Shown here: positions 1-11,731 of the stretch, piece by piece | Numbering within the stretch: position 1 is the stretch's first letter | Layout: each line of letters starts with the position of its first letter | Assembly (NCBI GenBank): GCA_044376115.1 | Contig: JBILLK010000006.1 | Coordinates: 352,001 to 416,000, forward strand | Length of the DNA: 64,000 nt | Direction: 5' to 3' | Source: Polyangiaceae bacterium | Lineage (GTDB): Bacteria > Myxococcota_A > Polyangia > Polyangiales > Polyangiaceae | Position numbers and translations under genes: made by a program | The notes under the pieces: generated by a model | Database searches by the model: none | Told to the model about the DNA's origin: nothing | What the model saw: only the letters and a program-made list of their open reading frames with translations

Positions 1-591
1 CGAGCGCGGCTTACTCGTATCCACCGTCTCGTAGTAGGCCTCGACGCTCTGGTCTTTCCCGCTCATGTCGGGATGGCGCAGCAGCTTGGTCATCGAGATG
101 CCGCCGGTGATCACGAACAGCGCGAAGATGGTGGCGTAGACGAACCATTGCGTCGGCCAGGTGGCGTAGTCAGGCACGCCGCCGTTGCGCAACACGGGAC
201 CAAACCCGCCGGTGATCTCGAGCCGAAGCCCGATGCCGACCACCAACGCTGCAGCTTTCACCTCGTCGGTGAAGAAGTCGAAGTGATGGCCCGTCTTCGA
301 AGCGAGCTTCTTGTGCCGCGCCAGCATGCCGTCGGCGCAGTCGAGCAGGTAGGAGATCTCGAGCACCAGCACCGCTAGCAAGCCGCCCTTCCAGTCCGGC
401 ATCAGCACGAACATGAACGCGGCGATTACGAACAAGATCAGGTTGATGATCGTGACTTGGTTCGGCGTGATCGGCGTCTTCGCCAGGATCGAGACGGTGT
501 AGCCCGCAAGCACGCGCATGAAGTAGTGGTTGAAGAGCTGATCGTTCTTCTTCCGGGTCGCGAGGTAGATCTGGTAGCCCTGCCGAAACAT
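1..591 (-). CDS. CDP-alcohol phosphatidyltransferase family protein (3' end runs off the window)
   Basis: Not in the ORF track. Manual translation from ATG at 591 gives MFRQGYQIYL...TPITPNQVT...LLDCADGMLARHKKLASKTGHHFDFFTDE, matching the DxxDGxxAR(x8)GxxxDxxxD motif, with hydrophobic segments. Confidence 0.88.
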   Translation of the reverse strand, partial: MFRQGYQIYLATRKKNDQLFNHYFMRVLAGYTVSILAKTPITPNQVTIINLILFVIAAFMFVLMPDWKGGLLAVLVLEISYLLDCADGMLARHKKLASKTGHHFDFFTDEVKAAALVVGIGLRLEITGGFGPVLRNGGVPDYATWPTQWFVYATIFALFVITGGISMTKLLRHPDMSGKDQSVEAYYETVDTSKPRS

Positions 592-812
592 CGGGCGCAA
601 AGTAGCCTGGAAACGTGCTTGGCGTCTGCTTACCTGTGCACCGCAGTCAAGAAGCTGACGGTCGGGCTCGCGCTGACCTGGATGCGACAAGCTCCGCGGC
701 GCGGGAACAAATTGCAACGGCGGACGAGTCGTGGTCCCCTTGGAAAAGCTGCGCGCGCTTTCCCCTCCTCGGGTGGTGGACGTGCCGTTGTGGCTCATCA
801 CTTGGAGTGAAG

Positions 813-3800
813 ATGTCGAAGCAGGGAATTGACCAGTTCGGGAAGATCCGCGCGTTCTTCTTCGGTGTCGCCTTGGCCGGTGCAACGTTGGGAGCTGTGG
901 AGGCTCAAGCGCAGAACTGCCTGAGTCAAAACCCTGCTGACTGGCCGGCTGCCTCTAAGCCGTACTTCATGCTCGTGATGGATACCTCCGGCTCGATGGT
1001 GTCCGAGGTTGCGGGGGCTGCAACCAGCTGCGGCTTCGGAACCAATCGCGCCGCTCATGCCCGTTGCGCCGTGCGCAACACGGTCTTGGCTTACAGCGGC
1101 CAGGTCAACATGGGGTTGTCCACCTTCGCCGTGGTTCAAGACAATTGTGATGGTGGCACCTGCGGTTGTGATGCTGGCGGCTGCTTCACCAACTGCGACT
1201 ATTTCTGCTTCCAGCAAGAGATCAATACCACCGGTGGTTGCAACGGCTGTGGACCGCGCCCGGGGAACGCTGCGACCCGTGCCGGTGCGCTCATCCGCGT
1301 GCCGATGCTGCAAGACCACTTTTGGAGCAACCCGCCCGACCCGAACAACACCAACAGCCTGCTTAGCTGGGTTGACAACGCCTGCGACGATTCTGAGGCT
1401 TTTGCCGTTGGCGCGACGCCACTCAACGGCACATTGCGCGACATGAGGCGCTACTTCCAAGCAAGCTGGACGGCGCCCGACGGCTCCTCCACCTTCTCCA
1501 CTCCGCTCGCTTCACAAGACTTGGCTGGAACGGGCGTGAACGGCTCGACTGGCTGCCGTTCGGTGAACGTGATTCTGCTCACCGACGGGGATGAGACCTG
1601 TGATCTCCAGGCTGACGCAGTGGCGGCAGCCACCGACCTGTACCAAAACGGCGTCACCGTCGGCGGTAAGATCTTCAAGGTTCGCGTCCATGTCATCAAC
1701 TTTGCGGGCGGTAATCAGGCCAACACGGACGCGATTGCCGCGGCAGGCGGCACCACCTCGTCGTACTTCGCAACCAACGAGACGCAGCTCTCCCAAGCGC
1801 TCTCCACCATCATCTCGGACAGCGTTTCGCCCGAGACGTGCGACAACATCGACAACAACTGCAACGGCTGTGTGGATGAGGGTTACGTCCACTATTGCAA
1901 CGTGAGCCAGACCTGTTGCTCGTGGACGACCCCAGCTCAGCGGACCACCTGTCTCAACAACTACACCGCCTCGATCACCAACGCGAATCCCGACGGGAAC
2001 CTGGCTCTACTGCCGTGCACCACGGTGGCCCAACAAACCCAGTCGGCCAACTGGCTTTGTTTCAACCCTGGGGACCAGTGCGACAACATCGACAACAACT
2101 GTCAATCCGGGGTGGATGAGGGCGCCAACAAGTGCGGCAGCCCCTTGCAGTGCCCCACGGCTGAGACCTGCAACAGTCAAGATGACGACTGCGATGGCAG
2201 CGTGGATGAGGGCGGAGTGTGCGGTGCTTGCGTGCCGACGCCCGAGGTCTGCGACGGCTGTGACAACGACTGCGATGGCACTGCGGATGACGGGATTGGC
2301 GCTGTTGCCTGCGGTCTCTCTTCCCCGCCGAACTGTGCGGGCACCATCAGCTGCAACGCTCCACAGGCTGTGCCGATCGGTGGATGTGGTGTCGGCGGTG
2401 GCTTTGGTTCCTGCAGCAACTCGCCCCAAACGGAAACCTGCGACGGCATCGACAACGACTGCGATGGCATTCCCGATGACGGCGTGGTTCCGACGGCGTG
2501 CGTGCCGCCCGGCACTCCGGGCGGGCTCGTATACGGTGGCTCCAGCCAGTGCCAACAAGGTTTGCTGCCCTGCGGAGGTAGCTGCTCCGGCTTCGTCGGT
2601 CCGAGCGCCGAAATTTGCGACGGTATCGACAACGACTGCGACGGCCAGGTGGATGAGCAGGTGCCGCAAGTTGGTCAGACCTGCGGCATCAACTCGGCAC
2701 CCTGCACGCCAGGGCTAACCGCCTGTGTCAACGGCGCGCTGGTTTGCTCCGGGGGCGTTGGTGCCCAGCCCGAGCAGTGCGACGGCATCGACAATGACTG
2801 CGACGGTCAGGCCGATGAAGCTCCGCTCGCGGATGCCCCGGCACCCGGTAACAACGGCTGCTGGCAGCTCGCTGGTAACTGTTGCACCCACGACAACCTG
2901 AGCTGGTGTCCGCCGCCCGGAGCGAGCTGCACCGACGTCGGTACGCTCACTGCTCCTTGCAACTCAGGCACCTTGCAATGCGCCGGCGCGCAAGGCTGGG
3001 TTTGCCAAGGTGGAAACGCCCCCGCGACCGAGGTTTGCGACGGCGTAGACAACGACTGCGACGGCACTCCCGACGACGGTAACTTCCCGACTGAGGGGGC
3101 GGCTTGCGGTCTTGCGGTTTTGCCCTGCGTCCAAGGCACGATTCAGTGCACCGCAGGCACGCTCGACTGCGTTGGGGATATCCCGCCGACGCCCGAGGTT
3201 TGCGACGGTATCGATAACAACTGCGACGGCTCGATCGACAACGGCATCCCGATCGGCGGCACGTGCACGCCCGTGTACGACACTGCGCTCTACCCCGGAG
3301 ACCGTTCGGCGGCGCCGTGCCAACCCGGTAACTTCCAGTGCGACGCGATGGGCGGACTGATCTGCGTCGGCGGTGTAGGGCCGACGCCCGAGGTTTGCGA
3401 CGGCATCGACAACGACTGCGACGGAACGGTCGACGAGTCGGGAGCTGCGCCCGATGGTCTCGATGGTTCGGCGAACCCGCTGGATCCGCCGGTGGCGAAC
3501 ATCGGAGACGCCTGCGGCGTCACCGAAGGCGCCTGCGATGACGGCAACTGGGGCTGCGTCAACGGGCTCTTCTTGTGCCTCGGTTCACAGGGCCCAACGC
3601 CCGAAGAGTGCGACTGCTCCGACAACGATTGCGACGGCTCAGTCGATAACGAGAACCCGGGCAACAACCCTCCGCTTTGTGGTCGCGGCAAGGACTGCAT
3701 CGTCTCTGGGGACTCCTGTCAGTGCGCCGCACCTTGCGGCAATGGCGAGTTCCCGTGTCCCACCGGCCAAGCCTGCGTTGAGGTGAACTCAAGCAACACT

Positions 3801-4724
3801 GGCATGGCGCTCGGTGCCTACTGCGTCGCTGATAACTGTGGTGACTGCGAAAGCAAGACGGTTACCAACGCCGATGGAGACGTTGTTTGCGCACCCGCTG
3901 GAACAGTCGGGGAGAACTGCTTCGACCTGCCCGTGTGTGTCTGCAAAGGACAATCAGGCTGCCAAGCGCCTTGCACTGGCGTGACCTGTGATGCTCCGCT
4001 CGTGTGCACCAACGTTGGTCCGGACGCCGGTACCTGCGTGGTGGACAACTGCTTCAACTTCGGCTGCGGGTGCGGCGAGTTCTGTGTGGACGGCGGAAGC
4101 TGCGTCGCCAACCCGTGCACCGAAACGAGCTGTCGTGAGGGCCAGGTCTGCAAGCCGAGCGAAGACGGGATGACTGCCGAGTGCTTCGAGAGCTGCGCTG
4201 ACGTCAACTGCCCGTCCGGGACCGAGTGTCACGACGGCGAATGCGTCGCAACCTGCGTTCCCGAATGCGGAGCCGACGAGGTCTGCAACGAGACGGTGGA
4301 TCCGCCGGCTTGTCAGCCGAGTCTCTGTACCGAGGACTCCTGTCCGCAAGGTGGCTGTTGCGATGGTGTGGACGGCAGTTGCGGAGCGTGCCCGTGTGAA
4401 GGCGTCCTCTGCCCGGACGGTCAGAACTGCGTTGACGGTGAATGCGTCGCGACCACGATGGGCACCGGCGGCGCTGGTGGCGGCGGCGGCGCTGGTGGTG
4501 GCAGTAACCCGAGCGGTGGTGGCGGAACGAGCAGCGTCGGTGGTGGTAACACCGGCGGCGGCGGCTCGGATAAGGGCGTTTGGGGGCTCGCGACAGGCGG
4601 TGGTGGCTGCACGTGTGAAGTCGGTGCGACCCCGAACTACAGCGCCGGTCTCTGGGCTCTCGTTGGGGCTGTCGGATTGTTCGCGCGCCGGCGTCAGCGC
4701 CGTGGTGCGCAGGCGCGTCGCTGA
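813..4724 (+). CDS. Large surface protein: vWA domain, 11 CDGxDNDCDG (MopE-like metal-binding) repeats, Cys-rich region, MYXO-CTERM-type anchor
   Basis: GGAG precedes ATG at 813. Signal peptide, MIDAS-like DTSGS, TPL and ILLTDG motifs, repeats, and a C-terminal GGGGCTC..hydrophobic helix..RRRQRR. Confidence 0.85.
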   Translation: MSKQGIDQFGKIRAFFFGVALAGATLGAVEAQAQNCLSQNPADWPAASKPYFMLVMDTSGSMVSEVAGAATSCGFGTNRAAHARCAVRNTVLAYSGQVNMGLSTFAVVQDNCDGGTCGCDAGGCFTNCDYFCFQQEINTTGGCNGCGPRPGNAATRAGALIRVPMLQDHFWSNPPDPNNTNSLLSWVDNACDDSEAFAVGATPLNGTLRDMRRYFQASWTAPDGSSTFSTPLASQDLAGTGVNGSTGCRSVNVILLTDGDETCDLQADAVAAATDLYQNGVTVGGKIFKVRVHVINFAGGNQANTDAIAAAGGTTSSYFATNETQLSQALSTIISDSVSPETCDNIDNNCNGCVDEGYVHYCNVSQTCCSWTTPAQRTTCLNNYTASITNANPDGNLALLPCTTVAQQTQSANWLCFNPGDQCDNIDNNCQSGVDEGANKCGSPLQCPTAETCNSQDDDCDGSVDEGGVCGACVPTPEVCDGCDNDCDGTADDGIGAVACGLSSPPNCAGTISCNAPQAVPIGGCGVGGGFGSCSNSPQTETCDGIDNDCDGIPDDGVVPTACVPPGTPGGLVYGGSSQCQQGLLPCGGSCSGFVGPSAEICDGIDNDCDGQVDEQVPQVGQTCGINSAPCTPGLTACVNGALVCSGGVGAQPEQCDGIDNDCDGQADEAPLADAPAPGNNGCWQLAGNCCTHDNLSWCPPPGASCTDVGTLTAPCNSGTLQCAGAQGWVCQGGNAPATEVCDGVDNDCDGTPDDGNFPTEGAACGLAVLPCVQGTIQCTAGTLDCVGDIPPTPEVCDGIDNNCDGSIDNGIPIGGTCTPVYDTALYPGDRSAAPCQPGNFQCDAMGGLICVGGVGPTPEVCDGIDNDCDGTVDESGAAPDGLDGSANPLDPPVANIGDACGVTEGACDDGNWGCVNGLFLCLGSQGPTPEECDCSDNDCDGSVDNENPGNNPPLCGRGKDCIVSGDSCQCAAPCGNGEFPCPTGQACVEVNSSNTGMALGAYCVADNCGDCESKTVTNADGDVVCAPAGTVGENCFDLPVCVCKGQSGCQAPCTGVTCDAPLVCTNVGPDAGTCVVDNCFNFGCGCGEFCVDGGSCVANPCTETSCREGQVCKPSEDGMTAECFESCADVNCPSGTECHDGECVATCVPECGADEVCNETVDPPACQPSLCTEDSCPQGGCCDGVDGSCGACPCEGVLCPDGQNCVDGECVATTMGTGGAGGGGGAGGGSNPSGGGGTSSVGGGNTGGGGSDKGVWGLATGGGGCTCEVGATPNYSAGLWALVGAVGLFARRRQRRGAQARR

Positions 4725-4778
4725 GCGCCTTGCTCGGTCTTGCGTTGCGGGAGGAGCGCCGGTAGCTTCTCCCGCGCC

Positions 4779-5670
4779 ATGACCAACAATGCGCGCACGC
4801 TCGGGGAGAGAGCCGCGAGGCAACTCTCCAACACCACCAAGACCCCGCCGCAATGGCGTGGGGCAACGCCTCGCTGGCTCGTCCAGATGATCCCGTGGAC
4901 CCCCGTTGAAGCGGGTGTGTTTCGGGTCAACCAAGCGCTCGACGACAAGTTCGATCTGAAGTGCAGCCCGGAGCAGGGCGAAGAGCTGCCCACCGGCTTC
5001 AGCGACTACGAGCCCAACCCGCGTGAGTACGTGCTCACTTCGGTGACCACCACGATCGAGGTGGATACGCGTATCTCGGACCTGTTCCGCAGCCCGATGG
5101 ATCAGGTCAAAGAGCAACTCACCGTCGCGGTGGACAAGCTCAAGGAGCGCCAAGAGGCCGAGGTTCTACGCAACAAGAACTACGGCCTCTTGAACAACGT
5201 GGACCCGGACATGCGCATCAAAACGCGCAAGGGCCCGCCCACGCCAGACGACATGGATGAGCTCATTGCCACCGTTTGGAAGGAGCCCGCCTTCTTCCTC
5301 GCCCACCCCAAGGCCATCGCAGCGTTCGGCCGTGAATGCACCCGTCGCGGAGTTCCGCCGCCGACGGCTACGCTGTTCGGTTCGCCGTTCCTCACCTGGC
5401 GCGGGCTCCCGTTGATCCCCAGCGACAAAGTCCCGGTGAAGGACAACAAGTCGAGCATCCTCTTGCTGCGCACCGGCGAGCGAAAGCGCGGCGTGATTGG
5501 CTTGTTCCAGCCTGGTCTGCCTGGGGAAGTCAGCCCCAGCTTGACCGTGCGCATGATGGGCATCAATCAGCGCGGTGCCGCTCAGTACCTGCTTTCACTT
5601 TATTGCTCTGTTGCCATCCTCACCCATGACGCTCTCGGGGTACTCGAGGACGTGGTGATCGATCACTACT

Positions 5671-5684
<14 letters not shown>
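4779..5684 (+). CDS. srpI: Family 2A encapsulin nanocompartment shell protein (SrpI / major membrane protein I type)
   Basis: AARQLSNTTKT, TPRWL, WTPVEAGVFRVNQ, PREY, TRISDL, PTPDDMDEL, VWKEPAFFLAHP, FGRECTRRGVPP, WRGLPLIPSDK and YLLSLYCS are all SrpI hallmarks. About 301 aa, with no cNMP-binding insertion. Confidence 0.95.
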
Positions 5685-7581
<1,897 letters not shown>

Positions 7582-7621
7582 TTCCGCGCAGGGCCTGGAC
7601 CGAACTGGGTTCAGGACCTGC

Positions 7622-8699
7622 ATTTTTCGTAGGGAGACGCTTGGTGCTCTGGTCGTCGCAGGAACGGCTGTGGTGAACCCATGGCCGACGGCGGTGCGCG
7701 CCTCGCGGTCTTGCAGCAGGAAGGCGTCACGGTCGCGCGGCTCGACGCGCAAGAAAAGCTCGTCGGCCTGCGAACGACGATCCCCGGCAAATCCGTCCAC
7801 GGGTTGGTTGCTCACGAGGATGGCGCTGCGCTGCTGATTCACCGTTTGCCCGATCAGATGGACCTCGTGCGCCTAGCCGAGGATGGCTCGACGCAGTTTG
7901 AAATACCTATCGTTGGCGCCAACGATCACGGGACTGAGGGGGACAAATATGTGGTTACAAACCACCCGCACTTTGGCCAGCTACGTTGGGATGGCAGCCA
8001 ATATGCGGCCTACTTTGGTCACTCCCAGAACTGGGGCGGGCAAGGAGAACATCAGGGGACCTGCTCTGGCTCTTCAACGCCGCAGGGGAGCGTCAGCCCG
8101 GGGGATGGGACTGGGGCTGCAGTCATTCGTGGAGCACTCGGCTAATGTTGCATCCCACGTCCAAACAGCTATTCGCCGTGTGTCACTCGGATGCCTATCC
8201 GTCGCCTGGCGTTGCCCTTGACGGTACCATCCCGTTGGTGTCCGGCGTCGCAATCCCGGGCGACATGGCCGAGACGCCCGACGGAGCGTTGATCGCGTTG
8301 ACGCTCTCGGACGCGGGCGGTTATCAGCTCGCGCTCCTGCACGTCCATGCCGACAAAAGCTTCGACCCACCGGTCGTCGTGGTGTCTTCAAGCGATACGG
8401 CCGAGATGACTCCGCATCTCGCACGCTATGGCGATAACTATCTGCTCTCCTGGGTGGCCGTTGCAGGCGCGACCACCTTCAGCCCCTACAATCAATACGG
8501 GCCGACGAAAATGGCGCTGGTGGACGTCAATGGCAATATCTTATTAGGGCCGGAGACTGTCGATTTCGCGACGAGCTTCTATGATGACTTCATCACCCAC
8601 GCGAACGGCGACCTCGGCTGGCCAGTGCTCCCGGCTATGCCGGTAGGTCCGCCCGAGTCCGACGGCCTCGAGATCGCTCGCATGCGCTATTGCCAGTAG
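7622..8699 (+). pseudogene. Frameshifted hypothetical protein split over ORFs 7681-8145 and 7986-8699
   Basis: Protein-like text continues across frames at ...GEHQG|DLLWLFN..GWDWGCSHS (one G missing in caggggac, ~8054-8061). A second possible frameshift is at VVNP|MADGG (~7678). No clear upstream start or signal peptide. Confidence 0.55.
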
Positions 8700-8723
8700 C
8701 GGCTCGCGCCGGCCGAGCGCGCT

Positions 8724-9641
8724 TCACTCGCAGCCAATGCGCTCTGCATCATAGGCGAGCTCGTCGAACCAGACGGTGAAGCCATCTTCGGCGTCCTGGT
8801 AGTTGGCTAAGCCGACGCCCAAGCTAGTAAAAACCGGCAGCTCGGCTGGGTGATTCGCGCCCGGCTGAATCGGCAACTCCACGCCGTCGATCCAAAGCGT
8901 ACCGTCTTGCGTCGGCTCATCGTAATACCACTCGATGCACTGCCATTCGCCGGGCCAGTCGTAGTCGTAATTGGTCCCTTCAGCGAACTCGGGCGCGCCG
9001 TTCGACGGCTGCACGTTGTAGATCCATTGGTACTTCTGCTCGGTGTTCTCGACCACGCCCCAACGCACGTTATGGGTGCTACCGCCCGGCCCGGGGCCGA
9101 GCCCTTCAATGAAGTCGGCGTGCAATACGCCATTGGCCGGCCACGGAGCTGGTACCGCTACCTTCATATAGACCCGGCCGTAATGGTGAGAGGCCAGCGC
9201 GCCTAGGTCCGACTTCCAGTCCATGAAGTGTTGACCGTTGTTGGCGCCATCGGCCTTCAGGCTCTTGTTGCCAAAGCGCGCATCATCGCTGGCGACGCCC
9301 AACACGCCCTCGCCCCACTCGTCGCCGCGTGGACCCCAGCCGTCGGGAAAGGCGCCATCGTTCGCCTGCTCGAAGTCCTCACAAATGGCGAAGCGGTTGG
9401 CCGCGCAGGTCGGGCCGGCCGGCGGGCTACCACCGCTCGCCGAAGCTCCGCCGCCGCCACTTGCGCCTTGGCCCATACCGCCCGGCGCGTTGGAGCTCGA
9501 GCCGCCGCTGCCTCCTCCTCCTGGTTCGGCGGCACCTGCAGCGCTGCCGCCGCTTGCATCGCCGCCGCCCGAGCTGCTGTCGCCGCAAGCAATGAGCAAG
9601 GAGAAAGCACCGAGTTGCACGAGGCTACGCAAGCTGAGCAT
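8724..9641 (-). CDS. Lipoprotein with Cip1-like / polysaccharide-lyase-like beta-sandwich domain
   Basis: Lipobox LIAC, Gly-rich linker, then CEDFE..HYGRVYM..WQCIEW..LWIDG..VWFDELAYDAERIGC. Confidence 0.6.
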   Translation of the reverse strand: MLSLRSLVQLGAFSLLIACGDSSSGGGDASGGSAAGAAEPGGGGSGGSSSNAPGGMGQGASGGGGASASGGSPPAGPTCAANRFAICEDFEQANDGAFPDGWGPRGDEWGEGVLGVASDDARFGNKSLKADGANNGQHFMDWKSDLGALASHHYGRVYMKVAVPAPWPANGVLHADFIEGLGPGPGGSTHNVRWGVVENTEQKYQWIYNVQPSNGAPEFAEGTNYDYDWPGEWQCIEWYYDEPTQDGTLWIDGVELPIQPGANHPAELPVFTSLGVGLANYQDAEDGFTVWFDELAYDAERIGCE

Positions 9642-9687
9642 CGCGCAAGGCTAGCTCGATCGTGTGGCCGGCGTCCCGCTCGTTGCT

Positions 9688-10062
9688 TTAAGGGAGCTCT
9701 AGCGTCAGCGTTGCCCGCGCGGCGTCTTCTGCGCCTCCCGTTAGGACGAGCACAAACTCTCCTGCACCAGGGAAGAGGTGCAACTCGGCGGAGAAGCTCC
9801 CAAGCTGCGGTAGGGCTTGTTGCCGGAGCGCCAAGGCCGCGACTTCGGGCAGCAGCTCGAGCTCGAGCGAAGCTGCGAGCGAACCGTCGGGCAGCAGGGC
9901 CAAGCTCAGCTCCGTTTGTGTCGCAGCCGCCGCGCTCGAGCCGCCGCCACTCTGAGGAAAGGCCAGCAAGGTTGCAGCCTCAGGCGAGCTTTGTTGCGCT
10001 TGTGCTGGTCTGCTAAATAATAATGCAGCCAGCGCCGTGGCCACGGATAGTTGGTTATTCAT
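9688..10062 (-). CDS. Hypothetical secreted protein
   Basis: Signal peptide ending in AQA, with AGAGG upstream. Confidence 0.5.
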   Translation of the reverse strand: MNNQLSVATALAALLFSRPAQAQQSSPEAATLLAFPQSGGGSSAAAATQTELSLALLPDGSLAASLELELLPEVAALALRQQALPQLGSFSAELHLFPGAGEFVLVLTGGAEDAARATLTLELP

Positions 10063-10188
10063 GGTGGCCCGAGCCTCTTTCTCGCGGTGAGTAGAGACCT
10101 GACGCCGGCGAGCGCCGAACCTGACTCGGTCCAGCGAAGCTGGGCGATTCGGGCCGACTCGCGGCCTCGTCTGCGATAGTGGTCAGCC

Positions 10189-11418
10189 ATGAAGCCCGCT
10201 CCCGAACCTGCTCTGGCTGCGCGTTGGGACGCGCTGGCAGCGGTGCTCGTGGAGTACCGCGACGTGCTGGAGCAGCGCATGGTGGATGAAGCGGTGCCTC
10301 CGGCGTTGGTCGCTCGCGGCTTTGCCGAGCCGCTGCTCGCCCTTTCGGAAGAGGCCGTGATCGAGCTCGAATTGGGCGGAGCGCAGGCGAATCCGCCAGC
10401 GCATTTGCCCGCCGGGTTGCACCAGCTCTACGCGGCAGTCGGCGAGGCGTGCGCGCTGCCAGCGTTGTCAGCGGCTAGCGAGCCAACTCGAGCGCTGCGT
10501 CGGCTGGAGACGCCGCGCAAGCGCGCGCAAGTGGAGGCCCTGGCGAAGCTTACTCCGCCGCTCTTGCAAGGCGCGTCGCGGGTGGTGGAGGTCGGTTCGG
10601 GGCACGGGCACTTGGCGCGTGAGGTCGCCGAGCAGATCGAAGGGCCAGTGCTCGGACTCGAGCTGGACCGGGCGATCTCGGCCCGCGCCAACGATCTCGA
10701 GAACCGCGGCAGGCTCTCCTTTCAGGCGGTGGACGTACTTCGAGAGGGCCTAACGCTCAATGAAGGGGATTGTGCATTAGGGTTGCATGCCTGCGGGGAG
10801 CTCGGAGATACAGTGGTAACGGCGGTGGCTGAGCGAGCCAAGAGCCTGCTTTTGGTCGGCTGCTGTTTACAGAAGCAGCGAGCCGAACGGAGGTTATCGC
10901 TCAATCAAGAGCGCCCGCGCGCGAGCGAATTGTCCTTCTCGAGCTCGCTCTTGGCGCTCAGCAACCTCAGCCCGCGCGAGCAGGGTAATGAGGCTTCTCG
11001 CGCCGAGAACGTGCGGGCGCGCGAGCACCGGCTGGCGCTGCACGCGCTCTTGGTCCAGGAACTCGGCGCTTTGCGCTTCGGCGCCGAATTAGACGGTATT
11101 CCAAGGCGTGCGCCGCTCGGCGACTTTCAGCGCATGGTCGAGGCCGCCTTCCGCGCGCGCTCGCTGCCGCAGCCCTCGGCGAAGCGCGAGGAGCAGGCGC
11201 TGACGGCTGCGACGGCGCTGCACAGTCGGATGCGGCGCTGCGCGCTGCCGCGACTGGCGCTCGGACGTGCGCTCGAGACGTTTGTGCTGGTAGACCGGGC
11301 GCTTTGTCTCGAGACGGCCGGTTTCGCCGTCCAGATTGGTACGGCCTTCCCGAAGGAGCTCAGCGCGCGCAACCTGACGCTGGTCGCGCGCAGGCTCGGT
11401 TCTTCGCTGTCTCAGTGA
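10189..11418 (+). CDS. SAM-dependent methyltransferase (Methyltransf_32-like)
   Basis: RKRAQV, VVEVGSGHGHL, LGLHACGELGD, VGCC and C-terminal SARN motifs. Confidence 0.8.
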   Translation: MKPAPEPALAARWDALAAVLVEYRDVLEQRMVDEAVPPALVARGFAEPLLALSEEAVIELELGGAQANPPAHLPAGLHQLYAAVGEACALPALSAASEPTRALRRLETPRKRAQVEALAKLTPPLLQGASRVVEVGSGHGHLAREVAEQIEGPVLGLELDRAISARANDLENRGRLSFQAVDVLREGLTLNEGDCALGLHACGELGDTVVTAVAERAKSLLLVGCCLQKQRAERRLSLNQERPRASELSFSSSLLALSNLSPREQGNEASRAENVRAREHRLALHALLVQELGALRFGAELDGIPRRAPLGDFQRMVEAAFRARSLPQPSAKREEQALTAATALHSRMRRCALPRLALGRALETFVLVDRALCLETAGFAVQIGTAFPKELSARNLTLVARRLGSSLSQ

Positions 11419-11476
11419 ATCAATTCGCGCCGGTCAGGTTTTTGCGCCCGCCCGCGTCGCTGGCCCTCAGGTCATT

Positions 11477-11584
11477 ATGAAACCTCCCTCGCATAGCTCA
11501 CCTCGGCGCTCGCTGCGCGCCGTGCCGTGCGTGCGGAGCCGTCTCGATCATTCGGAGTTCGGGCGCGTCGCCGCATCGCTGTAA
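11477..11584 (+). other. Possible 35-aa leader uORF upstream of the EF-G paralog
   Basis: ATG at 11477 to TAA at 11582-11584 (MKPPSHSSPRRSLRAVPCVRSRLDHSEFGRVAASL), followed by several inverted repeats. Confidence 0.3.
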
Positions 11585-11731
11585 GCCGCTCCGGCCTTGA
11601 AGGGCTAGCAGCGGACTGGATTGGAACGGGTCCCCGTTTTCAGCCCACTGACAGTCGCCGGCGCGGATCTCAGCCTTGTGCGATCCAACTACCCGAAGGC
11701 TGCAACAAGCAGCGAATGAAATGAGACGGTC

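Noticed and set aside
700..716. Sigma-54 promoter upstream of the vWA gene
   Set aside because: The GG-to-GC spacing is 9 nt rather than the required 10.
1830..3660. Recurrent ~26-nt DNA repeats (tgcgacggcatcgacaacgactgcga) resembling a CRISPR array
   Set aside because: They are in-frame codons for CDGxDNDCDG protein repeats, vary at third positions, are irregularly spaced, and no cas genes are present.
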